The notes beneath the pieces are model-generated. The model did no database searches, was not told the origin of the DNA, and saw nothing but the letters and a program-made list of their open reading frames with translations. Source: Microgenomates group bacterium ADurb.Bin219 (GTDB lineage: Bacteria > Patescibacteriota > Microgenomatia > UM-FILTER-40-11). From it: a stretch of 64,000 bases of DNA. Positions 28,042-38,753 of the stretch are shown in pieces; position 1 is the stretch's first letter; every line of letters starts with the position of its first letter. A program made the position numbers and the translations under genes. The stretch lies in assembly GCA_002069945.1 (NCBI GenBank), contig MWCH01000004.1:4959-68958 (forward strand). Direction: 5' to 3'.

Positions 28042-29678
28042 TGCTCAACAATTCTAAAGGCGTCTCCGAGATTTCCGGGATTAGAAATTCTCGCTATTAT
28101 TCTACCCGACTCCGGAATTTCCTCCGGACTGCCGATGATTAAAACATGGCTTTTCCTCTGTATCTTTTCTAAATCAATCGGCCCAAAAAAATATTTATCA
28201 AAATTGGCAACGGTAGAAAAACCATACCTATCTTTTGGGGTTAATTTCGCTTCTGTCTGAAATTTTTCCGGCGGGTACTTCAAATAAAAAGCAAGTAGAA
28301 TATACGGCTGATCATACTTGTCGGTTATAAAAATTTTATCGTATTTGGATTCGTTTTCTCTAACATAATCGGCTAAATCTTTAAAACCATATTCCCAGGC
28401 AGCCGGATAAATTTTTGGGTAATGAACATAGTATTGGTGCAAATAAAAAGCCATGTTCCATAAATAAAGAATAAAGAATAAAAAACAAAGAATAAAAAGA
28501 ATTTTTAAAGAAAAGGTCTTCTTAATCCAACTGATTAAGTTAACCAATCCGTACGCGACAATAATAATTAACGGGATTACCATATTTAAAGACCTAATGG
28601 CGTGGGGAGATTGGAAAGTCAACGCTGAAGCCAAAGGAGCTATCGCTAACCACCAAAGCAAAAAAAGCCAATTCTTCGGTTTGTTCTTTATTAAAGAATA
28701 TAAACCTAAAAGCAATAAGGGAATCTCCATCAAATACATCTGCCCCATTTCAGGAACTCTATTCCTTTGAATTTCATCTCCGGAAATAAAAAGAAAGTCT
28801 CCGGATAAGTGAGAAAAATAATTATCAAAAAAATTAATTCCGTAATTGATAATTTTGTTGTGAAGAATTTTTGGAATTAAAGAAAAAGGGTCGGAATGTT
28901 GTCCGCGTAACTCATTCACCCGCCAAATTGGGCCGGTATCGGCAAATATTCCCACTCCGGAAAAGCGGGAGGCTCCGGCGGGACCAAAAAAGGAAACGAT
29001 CAAAGGAGCAGCAAGAATTAGTCCAATAATAAAAGAACCGATTAGCCAACTTGAGTTTGCTCTTTTAAAAATTTCTTTCCTGTAATAAAATCCCAAACCA
29101 AAAATTAGCAAAGGAGTAATAATCCGGGCGCTGTGGTAAGTATATAAAGATAAAATAAAAATTAAAAATGAAAAAATAAAATAGATTGGTCTTTTTAGTG
29201 CCCTAAGGAACAGGTAAACAGCAAGGGTGATAAAGAAGGTCGCCGCATTGGTTTCCCAACCGCCTCGGGAAAAATGAAGATGCCAGGGAGAAACGGCAAG
29301 TAAGAGCGAAGAACTTAAAGCTAACAGCCTTGAGCCGAACAACTCAATCACCAATAAATACAAGATTAATACGGTTAATGACCCAAGGATTACCGAAGGC
29401 AATCTGACGGCAAGCTCGCTTAGCCCAAAAATTTTAACAAACGGCAATACCAAATAAAAATATAGTCCCGGTTTGTAATCGTTAAAGGATTGGAAACTAA
29501 TTGGCCAAGGATGGCCAAACTCGTCTTTTCCGGTTTTTAAAAGCGAATAGGCGTTATAGCCGATAGCCGCCTCGTCGGCATTTAACCCGACAGGAAACTC
29601 ACCTATTTTCCATGCTCGCAAAAATAAAGCCAGCAATAATATCAAAAATATCAAATACTTTTTAATCGTTTTTCTCAT
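28038..29678 (-). CDS. GT-C fold glycosyltransferase, ArnT/PMT-like (tandem paralog 1)
   Basis: 546 aa with 11-13 TM helices. First extracytoplasmic loop GLNADEAAIGYNAYSLLKTGKDEFG (DE motif), second motif GLSELAVRLPSVILG, and a conserved soluble C-terminal module (...DKYDQPYILLAFYLKYPPEKFQ...GDAFRIVEQ). Confidence 0.7.
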   Translation of the reverse strand: MRKTIKKYLIFLILLLALFLRAWKIGEFPVGLNADEAAIGYNAYSLLKTGKDEFGHPWPISFQSFNDYKPGLYFYLVLPFVKIFGLSELAVRLPSVILGSLTVLILYLLVIELFGSRLLALSSSLLLAVSPWHLHFSRGGWETNAATFFITLAVYLFLRALKRPIYFIFSFLIFILSLYTYHSARIITPLLIFGLGFYYRKEIFKRANSSWLIGSFIIGLILAAPLIVSFFGPAGASRFSGVGIFADTGPIWRVNELRGQHSDPFSLIPKILHNKIINYGINFFDNYFSHLSGDFLFISGDEIQRNRVPEMGQMYLMEIPLLLLGLYSLIKNKPKNWLFLLWWLAIAPLASALTFQSPHAIRSLNMVIPLIIIVAYGLVNLISWIKKTFSLKILFILCFLFFILYLWNMAFYLHQYYVHYPKIYPAAWEYGFKDLADYVRENESKYDKIFITDKYDQPYILLAFYLKYPPEKFQTEAKLTPKDRYGFSTVANFDKYFFGPIDLEKIQRKSHVLIIGSPEEIPESGRIIARISNPGNLGDAFRIVEQ

Positions 29679-29733
29679 CTTTCGGTTTTTTTACCTTAAA
29701 ACTTCTACCTTTATAAACTTTCAAATTATTGAC

Positions 29734-31389
29734 TCATCTAGTTTCAACAATTCTAAAGGCTAAACCTCCATCGGGAAATTTAACTTCTTTTAATATTTGA
29801 AATTTTTCCTGATCAACAAGATCATGGAGTGGTAATTCGAATTCGTTCCCCACAAATAAACTCTTCGAGATTCCCCGATCGGCGGGCCAATAAATATTTC
29901 TGAACTCAACTTTATCAATCTTCTCTATTTCTCCGACATCGCCGTAAGGATTTTCCTTTAAATAAGCTTGTTTTTGATACATTTCAGGGGGATAGCGATT
30001 GTAAAAAAGATAATATATATATGGTTGGCCATATTTTTGGGTAATGACTACCTTTTGATAATTTTCTTGAACCTTGGCTACATAACCAACCATATCCTTA
30101 TAACCATAAAGCCAATCCTTAGCTGAATTGATCGGGAAATGAATATAATATAAATCTAAGTACATAATTATGTTAAATAAATAACCACTAATTAAAAATA
30201 GATACAGAAGCGTCCTAATTTTTTTAAATTTTATACTTGCTTCTAAAACCACAGTTAGGCCAACCGCCTCAAAATAAACTAAAGGAACCGCCATCGGTAA
30301 AGATCTCACCCCTTGAATCGAATCACGGGTAATTGCCGCCGGAACAGGCGCCATTAATAACCAAAAGAGAAATAAATAATCATGTTTTTTTGGTTTTCTG
30401 CCTAAAGTTATAATTAAACCAAGAATTAAAAAGGGTAAACTAGCCAAATACATCATTCCGAAGTAGGTCGTGTTGTGTCGCCGACTACTCCAATCTCCTT
30501 CAAAAAATAAAAATTTGGCAGAAAGATGATTAAAGTATCTCCCTAAAATTCCCCGCAAAAAAGAAAGGCCTTCGCTGTGAAAAAGCGGGAAGAAAAGACT
30601 TTCAGAAACGCCCCCTTCTTTTTTGATTTGCTGTATAACCTCTATTGGTCGAGAATATGAAAAAACACTCATCACTTTTAACCTTCCCGCTGTTTCTCCG
30701 GCCACTAAGCCCCAACTCACAACAAGGAAAGAAGCAACTAACGGCAAGGCAAGCAAAAATATCTTTCTAGTCGATAATTTTGGCATTTCTCTTCGCCAAA
30801 TAGCCACCAAACCAAAAACAACCAACCAGGTAAAAACTTTGGCACCTTGATAAGTAATAAAGGTCAACCCGAATAAGACGGAAGAAAAAAAGAGCAAAAG
30901 ATTATTCTTATTTTTTATCCCGTTAATAAATAGGTAAAAGGCCAAAAAAATCTCAAAAACTGTGACATTAGCTTCCCAAGCCCCTCTTGAAAAATGGATA
31001 AGCCAAGGGTTAATCGCCAGTAAAATGGAAAAAATTATCCCAAATCTTTCTGAAGAAGTTAATCTTTTGGCTAAACAATAACCGACAATGGCTAACAGGC
31101 TTCCCAATAAAGCGCTCGGGAATCTCACTGCCAACTCGTTAAGACCTATCAGCCAAACAAAAGGAACCGCTAAATAAACATATAGCCCCGGCTTGTAATC
31201 ACCAAATGATTTAAAAATTAAGGGTAACACATTACCATATTCGTCTTTTCCAGTCTTTAAAATTGAATAAGCATTATAACCCAAAGCAGCTTCATCCCAC
31301 GTCAAGCTAACCGGATAAGAACCAAGCTTATAAGTTCTAAGAAATAGGGCGAGCAAAAATATTAATATCACCAAGAACTTTCTTTTCAT
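29734..31389 (-). CDS. GT-C fold glycosyltransferase, ArnT/PMT-like (tandem paralog 2)
   Basis: SLTWDEAALGYNAYSILKTGKDEYG, GLNELAVRFPSALLG; C-terminal QKYGQPYIYYLFYNRYPPEMYQ...FPDGGLAFRIVE. Confidence 0.7.
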   Translation of the reverse strand: MKRKFLVILIFLLALFLRTYKLGSYPVSLTWDEAALGYNAYSILKTGKDEYGNVLPLIFKSFGDYKPGLYVYLAVPFVWLIGLNELAVRFPSALLGSLLAIVGYCLAKRLTSSERFGIIFSILLAINPWLIHFSRGAWEANVTVFEIFLAFYLFINGIKNKNNLLLFFSSVLFGLTFITYQGAKVFTWLVVFGLVAIWRREMPKLSTRKIFLLALPLVASFLVVSWGLVAGETAGRLKVMSVFSYSRPIEVIQQIKKEGGVSESLFFPLFHSEGLSFLRGILGRYFNHLSAKFLFFEGDWSSRRHNTTYFGMMYLASLPFLILGLIITLGRKPKKHDYLFLFWLLMAPVPAAITRDSIQGVRSLPMAVPLVYFEAVGLTVVLEASIKFKKIRTLLYLFLISGYLFNIIMYLDLYYIHFPINSAKDWLYGYKDMVGYVAKVQENYQKVVITQKYGQPYIYYLFYNRYPPEMYQKQAYLKENPYGDVGEIEKIDKVEFRNIYWPADRGISKSLFVGNEFELPLHDLVDQEKFQILKEVKFPDGGLAFRIVETR

Positions 31390-31414
31390 TTTTATCCTTT
31401 ATGAACTTTTAAAT

Positions 31415-33082
31415 TTACAGGCTTTCCAAAATCTCAAATGCCGCTTTCCCGTCCAAAAAGTTGATTGTTTTAATTTTATTCCATCCCTCTGGATAATTAT
31501 TTGGGCTGGTTACCAGTAAGCACTTCTTGTCCAGACCACCGCACTTTGCACTTTGCATTTTTAACTTTAAACTCTCGCCAATCTCCCAATCGTTTACAAA
31601 GACAATCTTATCTAAAGCATTAACCCAATACCAATTGGCATGATAATCCCCTTCTTTTTGACTTTGAAAGTCGGCCGGTTCCCAAGGAAAATAAAAAGCG
31701 ATGAATTCATGCGGCTCACCGTATTTTTTTGTAAAAAATATTTTTTCGTATTTTTCGTAATTTTCTTTGACAAAAGAAACGGCGTCTTTATATCCATACT
31801 GCCAAGCCCAGGAATAAGTTTTGGGATAAACCGCAAAATAGTCTCGCCACCAACGAGAAAAACTGACCGTAACCGCTAAGATAAAAACTCCGGTAACTAA
31901 TTTGCCGCGGAAAAGTGACCTGCCGGCTAAAAAATCATCAATTTCTTTTAGTCCCAATGTAATCAATATCATCGGCAAGGGCAATATTAAAATGGTTCTT
32001 AAAACATGAGGAGAATCCCGAGTAATTGCCGCCGGTAAAAATGCCAATAACAACCAAGGTAAAATAATCCTTGAATATTCTTTTCTTTTCAAGACAAATC
32101 CGACCCCCAATAACAAAAACGGGGCCGATACCAAGTACAAAAGCTCGTGATCCGGCAAAGAAAACTGGTAATGACTGCCACCGCGGAAGAATAGGTAACG
32201 GGGTGAAAAATTAGCCAGATAATTTCGAACGACAAAGTAACCCAAAAAAGTAACTTTATTAAAAAGGATTTTCGGTAAAAGTACCGGCAATTTTGAATTG
32301 ACCCTTTTTTCTACAATCCGATTAATTGCACCCTGATCAAGCAAAGTCACCCAATCAAACCTCGCTTTGGCAGATTGGTCAAACCACTGAAAAATAATCG
32401 GCAAAAAAAAGATCAATAAAACTAAACCGGGAACAATCAGTTGACTCGCTTTTTTTCTTTTTAATCCAAAAATTAAAATCAAAACCGCAAAAATCGGAAC
32501 CAAAATTCGCGCCGAATTATAGCTGTGAAGAGAAAGCCCCCAAAATAAAGCCGTCAAAACTAAATTTTTGGTCTTCGGCTTATCTTGCTGCCAGCAAAAA
32601 AGGAAATACAGACCGAAGGCGAAGAAAAAGGCGCCTAAATTGGCCTCCACCGCTATTCTGGAAAGAAACAACGACCAAGGGCTAACCGCCGTCAGCAAAG
32701 CAGCCAAAATTCCCCACCCACGGCTCTTGGCAATCTTCGCCGTAATCAGGTAAGCTAAAAAAACCAATCCCAATCCCGAAAACACCGAAACAAGCCTGAC
32801 CGAATAGGTGTTCAAGCCAAAAAGGCCAACAAAAGGAACCGTCAGATAAATATACAAAGGTAACTTAAAATCTCCATAAGCCCTAAAAATCAACGGAAAC
32901 CTTATTCCCCATTCGTCCCTCCCGGTCTTTAAAATTGAATAAGCGTTGTAACCATGGGAAACTTCATCCCAGTTTGGCGATGGAGGATTTGTATTTAATC
33001 TAAAAAATCTCAAAAAACAAGCCAAAAGTAATATTAAAATTAATGAAAAAAAATTTAATCGTAAGGTTTTAGTGTTTTTCAT
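31415..33082 (-). CDS. GT-C fold glycosyltransferase, ArnT/PMT-like (tandem paralog 3)
   Basis: SPNWDEVSHGYNAYSILKTGRDEWG; C-terminal KKYGEPHEFIAFYFPWEPADFQ...FLDGKAAFEILE. Confidence 0.7.
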   Translation of the reverse strand: MKNTKTLRLNFFSLILILLLACFLRFFRLNTNPPSPNWDEVSHGYNAYSILKTGRDEWGIRFPLIFRAYGDFKLPLYIYLTVPFVGLFGLNTYSVRLVSVFSGLGLVFLAYLITAKIAKSRGWGILAALLTAVSPWSLFLSRIAVEANLGAFFFAFGLYFLFCWQQDKPKTKNLVLTALFWGLSLHSYNSARILVPIFAVLILIFGLKRKKASQLIVPGLVLLIFFLPIIFQWFDQSAKARFDWVTLLDQGAINRIVEKRVNSKLPVLLPKILFNKVTFLGYFVVRNYLANFSPRYLFFRGGSHYQFSLPDHELLYLVSAPFLLLGVGFVLKRKEYSRIILPWLLLAFLPAAITRDSPHVLRTILILPLPMILITLGLKEIDDFLAGRSLFRGKLVTGVFILAVTVSFSRWWRDYFAVYPKTYSWAWQYGYKDAVSFVKENYEKYEKIFFTKKYGEPHEFIAFYFPWEPADFQSQKEGDYHANWYWVNALDKIVFVNDWEIGESLKLKMQSAKCGGLDKKCLLVTSPNNYPEGWNKIKTINFLDGKAAFEILESL

Positions 33083-34776
33083 TCCTCTTTAAATTTTACG
33101 ATTTTAAAAGCAATTTTCTGTTGGGGTCCTGGATAGCGAATTATAGCAAGAATTTCTCCGTCTAGAACGCCGGCAAAATCTTCCTCTTTTCCGACAAAAA
33201 GTGCTCCTTTAATTTTTTTATCTTCCGGAAAATGAAAATTCCTAAATTCAAATTGGCCCAAACGATATTCTGGCAACTGATCAACAAACAATAAACCTTT
33301 TTTTTCATACTCCAGCCAATTATTAGCTTCTTTTTGAACAAATAGAGGATCTGTTTTAAGATAAAAGGAAACTGCTATTTGCGGTTCAGAAAAATTTTTA
33401 CTGATAATTATTTTACCCGGGTAATTAACAAGGAATTTGCTTGCTTGACTCCATCCATAAGCCATATTAATAGCATTAACTACCGGCGCATGGAACAAAT
33501 AATCTTCAAGAAAAATGCCCAAAAAGAAAAAAACCGTAAGTAAGTAAAACACCAGGAAATATCTACTAAACTGACCAAGTTTATTCTTAGTTATTTCGAT
33601 TAACTCAATTCCACCGTAAGCGGAAATAATTTGCCAAAAAGGCAACATTGTCGCCGCTCGATTGCCGGCGGCTTCCCCTTTGGCTAAAGCAGCCGCCAAA
33701 GGAGAAAATAATAACAAAACTATAATTAAAGTTAATGATTTTTCTCTCTTCTTAAAAATCTGGGTAATAGCCAGAAGGACTAGGGGGAGCTCAAAAAAAT
33801 AAAGAACGCCCCTGCCGGGGATCATTCCGTAAGTTGCCTCGCTGACTCCTTTAGTAAAAAGAAACTCCAAAGAAAAGTAACCAAGATAATTTTTAGCAAA
33901 ACGATTAACTATAAATGAAAGCTTATTGTTAAAAATTCTTTCTCTTTCGTAGGGTAACCCCAGAGTGACCGCTTCATATTGGCGCTCCGACAAACTTTGC
34001 CAATTTTTAGTTTGATTTAAAATGGAAGTATCTGCCACCCTTGTTTTTCCTCCCCACAAGAGAGTCAAAAAAGCCAAGAATAAAAAAACAGCAAAAACCG
34101 ATAAGAACGAAAAATATCTCTTCGCTTTTAAAAAATCTTTTCTGAAGAAAAAAACCAAAATAAAAACCACTAAAGGAATGTAAAAACGCGGAGAATAATA
34201 AGTAAATAAATCTAACCCAAAAACAATTGCCGCCCAAAAAAAATACGGCCAATTTTTAAGACCTTTTAGAAATAACCATATCCCCAAAGAAAGGAAAAAA
34301 GTGTTTAAAGAAGCTTCAAATGCCCCGCGAGAAAGACTAATATGCCAAGGGCTAATCGCCAAAAAAAAGGCTGTGATATAAGCAAAATTATTATTTTCAA
34401 CCTTCTCTTTTCCATAAAACTCTAACTCTTTAACTAATAAATAAACAGCCAATACGGCTAAACTGCCAAAAATAGCGCTGGGCAACCTCACCGCCAGTTC
34501 ATTCAAACCAAAAATCGCAATAAAAGGAATCACTAAATAGGTATAAAGTGGTGAGCGAAAATCGCCAAAAGCCCGAGGAGTTATGGGCAATTTCTCTCCC
34601 CATTCATCTCTGCTAGTTTTCAATATTGAATAAGCAGTATAACCTTGAGAAATTTCATCCAAACTAAAACCGGCCGGAAACGAAGTTATCCGATAAACTC
34701 TGAGAAAAAATGAAAAAAGAAAAATAAGAGTCAAAATGACTCCGGTTGAGAAACGATTATTTCGTTGCCACCACAT
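33079..34776 (-). CDS. GT-C fold glycosyltransferase, ArnT/PMT-like (tandem paralog 4)
   Basis: GFSLDEISQGYTAYSILKTSRDEWG, GLNELAVRLPSAIFG; C-terminal NFSEPQIAVSFYLKTDPLFVQ...IAFKIVK. Confidence 0.7.
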   Translation of the reverse strand: MWWQRNNRFSTGVILTLIFLFSFFLRVYRITSFPAGFSLDEISQGYTAYSILKTSRDEWGEKLPITPRAFGDFRSPLYTYLVIPFIAIFGLNELAVRLPSAIFGSLAVLAVYLLVKELEFYGKEKVENNNFAYITAFFLAISPWHISLSRGAFEASLNTFFLSLGIWLFLKGLKNWPYFFWAAIVFGLDLFTYYSPRFYIPLVVFILVFFFRKDFLKAKRYFSFLSVFAVFLFLAFLTLLWGGKTRVADTSILNQTKNWQSLSERQYEAVTLGLPYERERIFNNKLSFIVNRFAKNYLGYFSLEFLFTKGVSEATYGMIPGRGVLYFFELPLVLLAITQIFKKREKSLTLIIVLLLFSPLAAALAKGEAAGNRAATMLPFWQIISAYGGIELIEITKNKLGQFSRYFLVFYLLTVFFFLGIFLEDYLFHAPVVNAINMAYGWSQASKFLVNYPGKIIISKNFSEPQIAVSFYLKTDPLFVQKEANNWLEYEKKGLLFVDQLPEYRLGQFEFRNFHFPEDKKIKGALFVGKEEDFAGVLDGEILAIIRYPGPQQKIAFKIVKFKEE

Positions 34777-36406
34777 AAAAAGCCTCCTTCCCGTCTGGAA
34801 AATAAATTGTTGTTAAAAGTTCTGATTGTTTTGGATCAATGTCTTTTTTTGATATTCGTTCTGGAGGACCGGCAAATAGTGTTTTAGGTAGACTTCTATC
34901 CCTTGGCCAGTATATATCCCTGAATTGGTAATTATCATAACCCCTACCCTCCCCTAATGACCATTCATCCTTTTTAACTAAAAAAGCCTGGGGCTGATAC
35001 TTTGCCGGATCATACTTTTCATAAAATAAGAAAAAAAGATAGGGACCCTGGTATGTTGTATCAATCACTACCTGATTATATTTATCTTTTAACGGAGAAA
35101 CAAATTCAACCAATTGTTTATAACCATATTGCCATCCCGATGGGCCCTGGTAAGTTCTTAGAGGGGTGAGAAGATAATAACTTAACAGGTAATACCCAAA
35201 GGACCAAAAGAAAATGGTTAAAAATACGGCAATCGGGATAATTCTAAATTTAGACTTGCATCGACTATACCATTTGTTAATTCCTAAAATTCCTAAGGCG
35301 AGAATTACCATCAGGGGATAAACCATTTCAAAAGCTCTTCTGGCATGAACCGGATCGCGAGTAATCACTGCCGGCAAGGGGGCCACCGCTAACCAGGAAA
35401 AGAGTAAGGCGGTTTCTTTCTTTTTTGATTTGATTAGCCAAATATTTGCCATCCCAACAACCAAAAGAATAACATCGGACCAAAACATCATCCCCATTCC
35501 GTAAATTTTCTGTCTGTCATCCGGCGGGCCTTTTACAAATAAAAACGAAGGTGAAAATTGATTAAAATAATGATCAATTACCATAAGGCCGTATTCGACC
35601 AGTTGATTATGATAAAGATTAAAGATGCCGGAAAAGATATCTTCTCTTTTCATCTTCTGTAAATATTCATCCGGTCTTTGATAGCCAAAGATGGTTGTCA
35701 TTAGAATCTTCCCTTTCTGGCCCGAAGAAAGCATCGAAAAAACAAGTGGTAAACAGAGTAAAAAACCCAGTAAAAACGCTTTAATGGTTGGCTTTAATCT
35801 TTTTTTAATTTCTTTTTGATAAATAGCGGCGATTGCCAAAAGCAAAACCGGGACAAATAGCCTTTCCGAAAAGTAACTGTACAATGCCAGGCTGAAAGAA
35901 AATGACGATAGATAGATCTGCCACCTGCCTCCTTTTAACCATTTGTTAAAAGACCATAAACCAAGAATTACAAAAAATGATCCGAGAGCGACATCCCCTT
36001 GAGCACGAGTAAATTGTAAATGCCAGGGAGAAATCGCCAAAAGCATTCCGGACAGAATACTTAAAGAAATATTCCCGAACAAATCATTAACTAGAAGAGA
36101 AAAAAGAACTACTGACATTGCTCCGAAAAGTGAGGGTAACAATCTGATGCTGAATTCATTCAGTCCAAAAATCTTAATTACCGGAACCAGGAAATAAACG
36201 AATAGGGGGCATTTATAATCTCCCACCGACTTAAATTCCAAAGGAAGCTTCGTACCATACTCATCCTTTCCCGTTTGAATAACGGAATAGGCATTATAAC
36301 CAAAAGCAGTTTCGTCCCAATTTAAGGATAAAGGGACTTGAGTAATTTTGTAAAATCTAAAAAAGAGGGCAACAACAAAAATTAATAAAAATATTATTTT
36401 TTTCAT
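34757..36406 (-). CDS. GT-C fold glycosyltransferase, ArnT/PMT-like (tandem paralog 5)
   Basis: SLNWDETAFGYNAYSVIQTGKDEYG, GLNEFSIRLLPSLFG; C-terminal TYQGPYLFFLFYEKYDPAKYQ...FPDGKEAFYVV. Confidence 0.7.
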   Translation of the reverse strand: MKKIIFLLIFVVALFFRFYKITQVPLSLNWDETAFGYNAYSVIQTGKDEYGTKLPLEFKSVGDYKCPLFVYFLVPVIKIFGLNEFSIRLLPSLFGAMSVVLFSLLVNDLFGNISLSILSGMLLAISPWHLQFTRAQGDVALGSFFVILGLWSFNKWLKGGRWQIYLSSFSFSLALYSYFSERLFVPVLLLAIAAIYQKEIKKRLKPTIKAFLLGFLLCLPLVFSMLSSGQKGKILMTTIFGYQRPDEYLQKMKREDIFSGIFNLYHNQLVEYGLMVIDHYFNQFSPSFLFVKGPPDDRQKIYGMGMMFWSDVILLVVGMANIWLIKSKKKETALLFSWLAVAPLPAVITRDPVHARRAFEMVYPLMVILALGILGINKWYSRCKSKFRIIPIAVFLTIFFWSFGYYLLSYYLLTPLRTYQGPSGWQYGYKQLVEFVSPLKDKYNQVVIDTTYQGPYLFFLFYEKYDPAKYQPQAFLVKKDEWSLGEGRGYDNYQFRDIYWPRDRSLPKTLFAGPPERISKKDIDPKQSELLTTIYFPDGKEAFYVVATK

Positions 36407-36409
36407 CCC

Positions 36410-37057
36410 CTAGTATCTACCAACTAAATATGGGTAGTGCAATAGCAAATAATGGAGAAAACGGGAATATTCAAAAACTAGCAAAATCAAGACTAACGCT
36501 TTCGTCCAATAATATTTTTTTTTATTGAAAAACTCAGTCACGCCCAAACCAACGATATAATACATCCCGATGATAAAGGGTAAGCGGGAAAATGTCTCAT
36601 ATTCTTCCCGAATTAAAATTCCTAATATTGGAAGCAATAAAACGAAAACCAAGATCTTGGAGCGATTTTTATAGCATAGATAAAAACCATAACCCAAAAA
36701 AGGCAACCATATCCAATAAATCGGTCCTGAATTCCTAGTTGATTTCTCGATGCTTAAATCTCCTTGGGTGAACAAAAAATGTGAGTCAAAAGATTCTAAA
36801 TATCGTTGTCCAGCATCTTTCATAAAATAGGTAAACTTATTGATAAATATTTTTCCATAAATAGCTATTCCTGCCTCTTTGATCTGACCCCTAGTGAAAT
36901 TTATCTCTGAAATAAAAACCGGAGAGTTAAACTTATAAAAATTTATTTCTGCTTTACTTAATCTTGAAAAATTAAAAAGTAAAGTCCATGGGGTCGGCGA
37001 CATCAAAAACAGAAGAATAAAAATAATAATAGATAAATTCATCCGTCTAGCTTTCAC
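36410..37057 (-). pseudogene. truncated GT-C paralog fragment (central TM region only; lacks the N-terminal DE-loop catalytic region and the C-terminal soluble module)
   Basis: The 215-aa ORF aligns with residues ~270-430 of the neighbouring paralogs: RYLESFDSHFLFTQGD vs NYFSHLSGDFLFISGD; IYWIWLPFLGYGFYLCYKNRSK vs MYLMEIPLLLLGLYSLIKNKPKN; FLHYLLLHYPYL vs YLHQYYVHYPKIYP. It has intact start and stop codons, so it could be expressed as a mini-protein. Confidence 0.45.
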
Positions 37058-38745
37058 CGTAAACCTCCAAGTAAATAAATATAGGGGTCCTTGTTACCTG
37101 GGGCTTTAACTAATCCCAATACTTTGATTCCTCTAATGGGTTCTTTTTCAATATTCCAATCTCCCGGAATCTCGTCTTTTTGAAAAGCTAAATAACAATT
37201 CCCCGGTTCAGCCAAGATTCTTTTTACCCCTTCAAGCCTATTCTCTTCTATAAGATGGCCAAAAAAGACATTCCCTAAACTAAAATTGCTAAAACCATTA
37301 GTAGTTTGGTTTTCTTTATCATCCTTAAAATTATTCAAAAACCAATTCGGGTCGGTTCCTGTCCAAAACAAATATCTTATTAGAATTGGCTCGTGAGAAT
37401 TATTCAAAAAATAATTTCGACATATGGATTCGTTTTCATTGACTAAATTAATAGCTTCCTTATATCCAAAGTGCCAATAGCGAAACTGCTCTTGCGGATA
37501 GTGTTTAGTCAGCTCATGAAAATAACCGACCAGAGAATAAGTTAGAATCATAATGACTATAACCAAAAATATTCCTTTGATTTTCGCTGAAATCTTCTCA
37601 ATTCCTATCGCGATTAAAACAACCAAAGGTGGAACCATTAAAAATAACCTGGTTGCTTGTTCACCTCCTCCAACTGTCAAAGCAGAGGCAATAGGAGCAA
37701 TTAGTAACCAATTCAACCATATATTTGGTTTCTTCGACTCCTTTTCCAAGGAAACCAAAATCCCTGACAGTAAAAAAAATAATAAAATGATATAAATTTC
37801 TCCAAACCCTGGAACGGTATGCCTTGGATTGGGATCTCCGTTAAAAAATAAAAATTGAGGAGAGAAAGCAGTCAAATAATTTTTTAAGACAACTTTTGAC
37901 CAGACAAAAAGTTTGTTATGAAAGAACCTTTCGGTTAAATTTTGAGGGTCAGCGCTTCTTTTAAGGATTATTTGCTCAATTAATTTTTGATCAGAAAAAA
38001 TACTGATAAGTTTAAATCGAGAAACAGCTGGGCCTCGAAAAATTGAAAACGAAAAGGGAATTAAAATTAATATAAAAATTGCCAATGCGGGGACCAGCCG
38101 AACAAGTTGCGTCTTTAACTCAAATCTAAAAACAAAAAGTAAAATAATAATCCAGATTGAAGTAAAAACATTGGCCGTATTATAAGTATAAAAACTTAAG
38201 GCAAAACAAATGGCCGCACCCGAAAACCATATTGTTTTTTTCATCAATCCCTTAATAAAAGCGTATGTTCCAGCTAATATTAAAAAAAGCAGTAAGGTTA
38301 CTTCAAACCCGGCTCTGGAATAATGCAAATGCCAGGGAATTATTGTCATAATTAGGGCTGCCCACATAGCTACTTTCTTATCTTTTTCAATTAATCTTAC
38401 CAGGAGATATAAAAAAACAATATCCAATATTCCCCAAAAAGCGCTGGTTAGCCTAATCCCCCATTCATTCAAACCAAAAATAGCCACGAAAGGAATAGCG
38501 CTGTATATAAAAAAAGGGGCCCGTGATTCGGAAAAAGATTCAAGATAGACCGGCAAAAAATTGCCCCGGTAATCCTTTCTTGTTTTGAGCAAGGAATAAG
38601 CCTGATAACCAACGTCTAGTTCGTCTCCAAAAAGCTCAAGCTGATTAAGCCGATAGATCCGGAGACAGATGGCCAAAACTAAAACTACCAAAAAAAATAA
38701 GGTTTCTGGGGAAAAAACCTTCCTTAGGCTGAATTTATTGCTCAT
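37054..38745 (-). CDS. GT-C fold glycosyltransferase, ArnT/PMT-like (tandem paralog 6)
   Basis: ELFGDELDVGYQAYSLLKTRKDYRG, GLNEWGIRLTSAFWG; 563 aa polytopic. Confidence 0.65.
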   Translation of the reverse strand: MSNKFSLRKVFSPETLFFLVVLVLAICLRIYRLNQLELFGDELDVGYQAYSLLKTRKDYRGNFLPVYLESFSESRAPFFIYSAIPFVAIFGLNEWGIRLTSAFWGILDIVFLYLLVRLIEKDKKVAMWAALIMTIIPWHLHYSRAGFEVTLLLFLILAGTYAFIKGLMKKTIWFSGAAICFALSFYTYNTANVFTSIWIIILLFVFRFELKTQLVRLVPALAIFILILIPFSFSIFRGPAVSRFKLISIFSDQKLIEQIILKRSADPQNLTERFFHNKLFVWSKVVLKNYLTAFSPQFLFFNGDPNPRHTVPGFGEIYIILLFFLLSGILVSLEKESKKPNIWLNWLLIAPIASALTVGGGEQATRLFLMVPPLVVLIAIGIEKISAKIKGIFLVIVIMILTYSLVGYFHELTKHYPQEQFRYWHFGYKEAINLVNENESICRNYFLNNSHEPILIRYLFWTGTDPNWFLNNFKDDKENQTTNGFSNFSLGNVFFGHLIEENRLEGVKRILAEPGNCYLAFQKDEIPGDWNIEKEPIRGIKVLGLVKAPGNKDPYIYLLGGLR

Positions 38746-38753
38746 CTTTATAA

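Noticed and set aside
31520-31545. Tandem CACTTTG x2 in the C-terminal coding region of GT-C paralog 3
   Set aside because: There are only two units, and it encodes an ordinary AKCGG segment; it is not a credible repeat element.
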